NCBI GenBank assembly: GCA_964595235.1 | Contig: CAZQPD010000199.1 | Location: forward strand, 1 to 28,585 | Reading direction: 5' to 3' | Source: an uncultured Polaribacter sp. | GTDB lineage: Bacteria > Bacteroidota > Bacteroidia > Flavobacteriales > Flavobacteriaceae | Length of the DNA: 28,585 nt | Part shown: positions 27,556 through 28,585 of the stretch, piece by piece | How the letters are laid out: every line of letters starts with the position of its first letter | How positions within the stretch are numbered: the first letter of the stretch is position 1 | Program-made: the position numbers and the translations under genes | Notes under the pieces: model-generated | What the model was told of the DNA's origin: nothing | Databases searched by the model: none | What the model saw: the letters and a program-made list of their open reading frames with translations, nothing else

Positions 27556-28585
27556 TTAATACTCTCTGAAAAGATAATGTGAAATAGATGAGCCGTGTTG
27601 TTTCAACCAGTTTTGTCCTTCCACAACGGCTGCAAGCGGAAAGGATTCAGAATTCTTAACTTTCAACACTACGACGGGGGATTGCTTGTTGATCTCGAAA
27701 TATCCAAAACGGGTTCCTTTCGGGAGGGGATTACCTTCGAGTTCTACAAGTTTTATCTTTGTATTGGTCTCCTTTACGATTTTATGAATATGTCTGTAAT
27801 ATGGGAAAACAATCTTAAGAGTTTTATTCACTGACACGTTTTTCATTGCCCGGCTGAAAGCTTCTTGTGGGTTTTTCGGGTAATTTTTTATTACTGATTG
27901 CAATAGGCTAGTCGAGAATTTATCGTCTGATGAAATCGAATAAGAATTGTTTGATAATGTGCTTCCCGAAGGATTTTTTATAGTTATGTCAAATTTAATA
28001 TTTGCTCTAAACCCAATTTTTTTTGTATGTACGGCTTTTCCATCGATTACTTTTGTAACCGTATATTCAAATGAATTGGCTTTTTGGCTGAAATTATTAA
28101 TAAGAATGATATTTTTTATAAAGTAGTCACTATACTCCTCATGGTCTTCAATTTCATCTGTTCTATTAGTTAGCTGTCTTTTTATGATGTTTATTACATG
28201 TCTTGTATTTTCGTTATTCATATCGAGATTTGAAGCTACTCTAATCACGTGGTAACTATTTTCCATTTTGTCTTGGTCGTAGTATTTTACCAGTACATCG
28301 TTATTTTGAAACTTGAAGTTTTTTATTTTGTTTTTCTCGTTGAATTTTTTTGTTGATATCTCTTCTCCGTCCATGTATTCGATTATCTCAATTGTCCCGT
28401 CCGGGTGATAACGTTTCCACGTACCGTCCGGAAGCCCGTTTGAAAAGCCCCCTTCTGCTACTTTTTCTCCTTTTTTATATTCTTCCATTTTTGTTTTTTC
28501 CCCTTTTTCGTCGAAATACTCCCATTGTCCCTCTTTCACATTATTGTTGAAGCGTTCTATCTTCGATATATTACCATTCTTTCCA
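27556..28585 (-). CDS. MORN-variant (YwqK-like) repeat protein with unknown C-terminal domain, 5'-truncated by the window edge
   Basis: Repeats EGQWEYFDEKG and DGTWKRYHPDG. The frame stays open upstream of the track GTG (28539) to the window end (...GKNGNISKIERFNNNVKEGQW). Confidence 0.75.
   Translation of the reverse strand, partial: GKNGNISKIERFNNNVKEGQWEYFDEKGEKTKMEEYKKGEKVAEGGFSNGLPDGTWKRYHPDGTIEIIEYMDGEEISTKKFNEKNKIKNFKFQNNDVLVKYYDQDKMENSYHVIRVASNLDMNNENTRHVINIIKRQLTNRTDEIEDHEEYSDYFIKNIILINNFSQKANSFEYTVTKVIDGKAVHTKKIGFRANIKFDITIKNPSGSTLSNNSYSISSDDKFSTSLLQSVIKNYPKNPQEAFSRAMKNVSVNKTLKIVFPYYRHIHKIVKETNTKIKLVELEGNPLPKGTRFGYFEINKQSPVVVLKVKNSESFPLAAVVEGQNWLKQHGSSISHYLFREY

Noticed and set aside
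1-28585. tRNA, rRNA, transposase, integrase or prophage genes
   Set aside because: None was recognised by eye in intergenic regions or ORFs.

Overview
Chromosomal window from a Bacteroidota bacterium, probably Flavobacteriales-like. Ten TAnnTTTG (-7) promoter boxes sit directly upstream of the transcription units. Housekeeping and energy genes: etfB-etfA-acyl-CoA dehydrogenase operon, AddA/UvrD-like helicase-nuclease, era, hflX, a crotonase-family gene, metK with a SAM-II-type riboswitch, rho with a low-complexity insertion, and complete nqrABCDEF. The most unusual element is a two-gene cassette (10180-11966) that is clearly cNOR (NorC/NorB)-derived but has a rebuilt active site: no His or Glu in TM6, and Met in place of a low-spin heme His. 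Its promoter carries a 16-bp TGT-N10-ACA palindrome. Near-identical copies lie 11 kb away, around the promoter of a small exported Cys/Lys-rich protein, which suggests a shared regulon. Other notable items are an apparently circularly permuted GH26-like lipoprotein, a group II decarboxylase with the CSAD-type F-x19-S-x-Y motif, two composite REP-like palindromic repeat clusters, and an AT-rich two-gene region at the right edge. All calls come from reading motifs by eye; no database searches were run.
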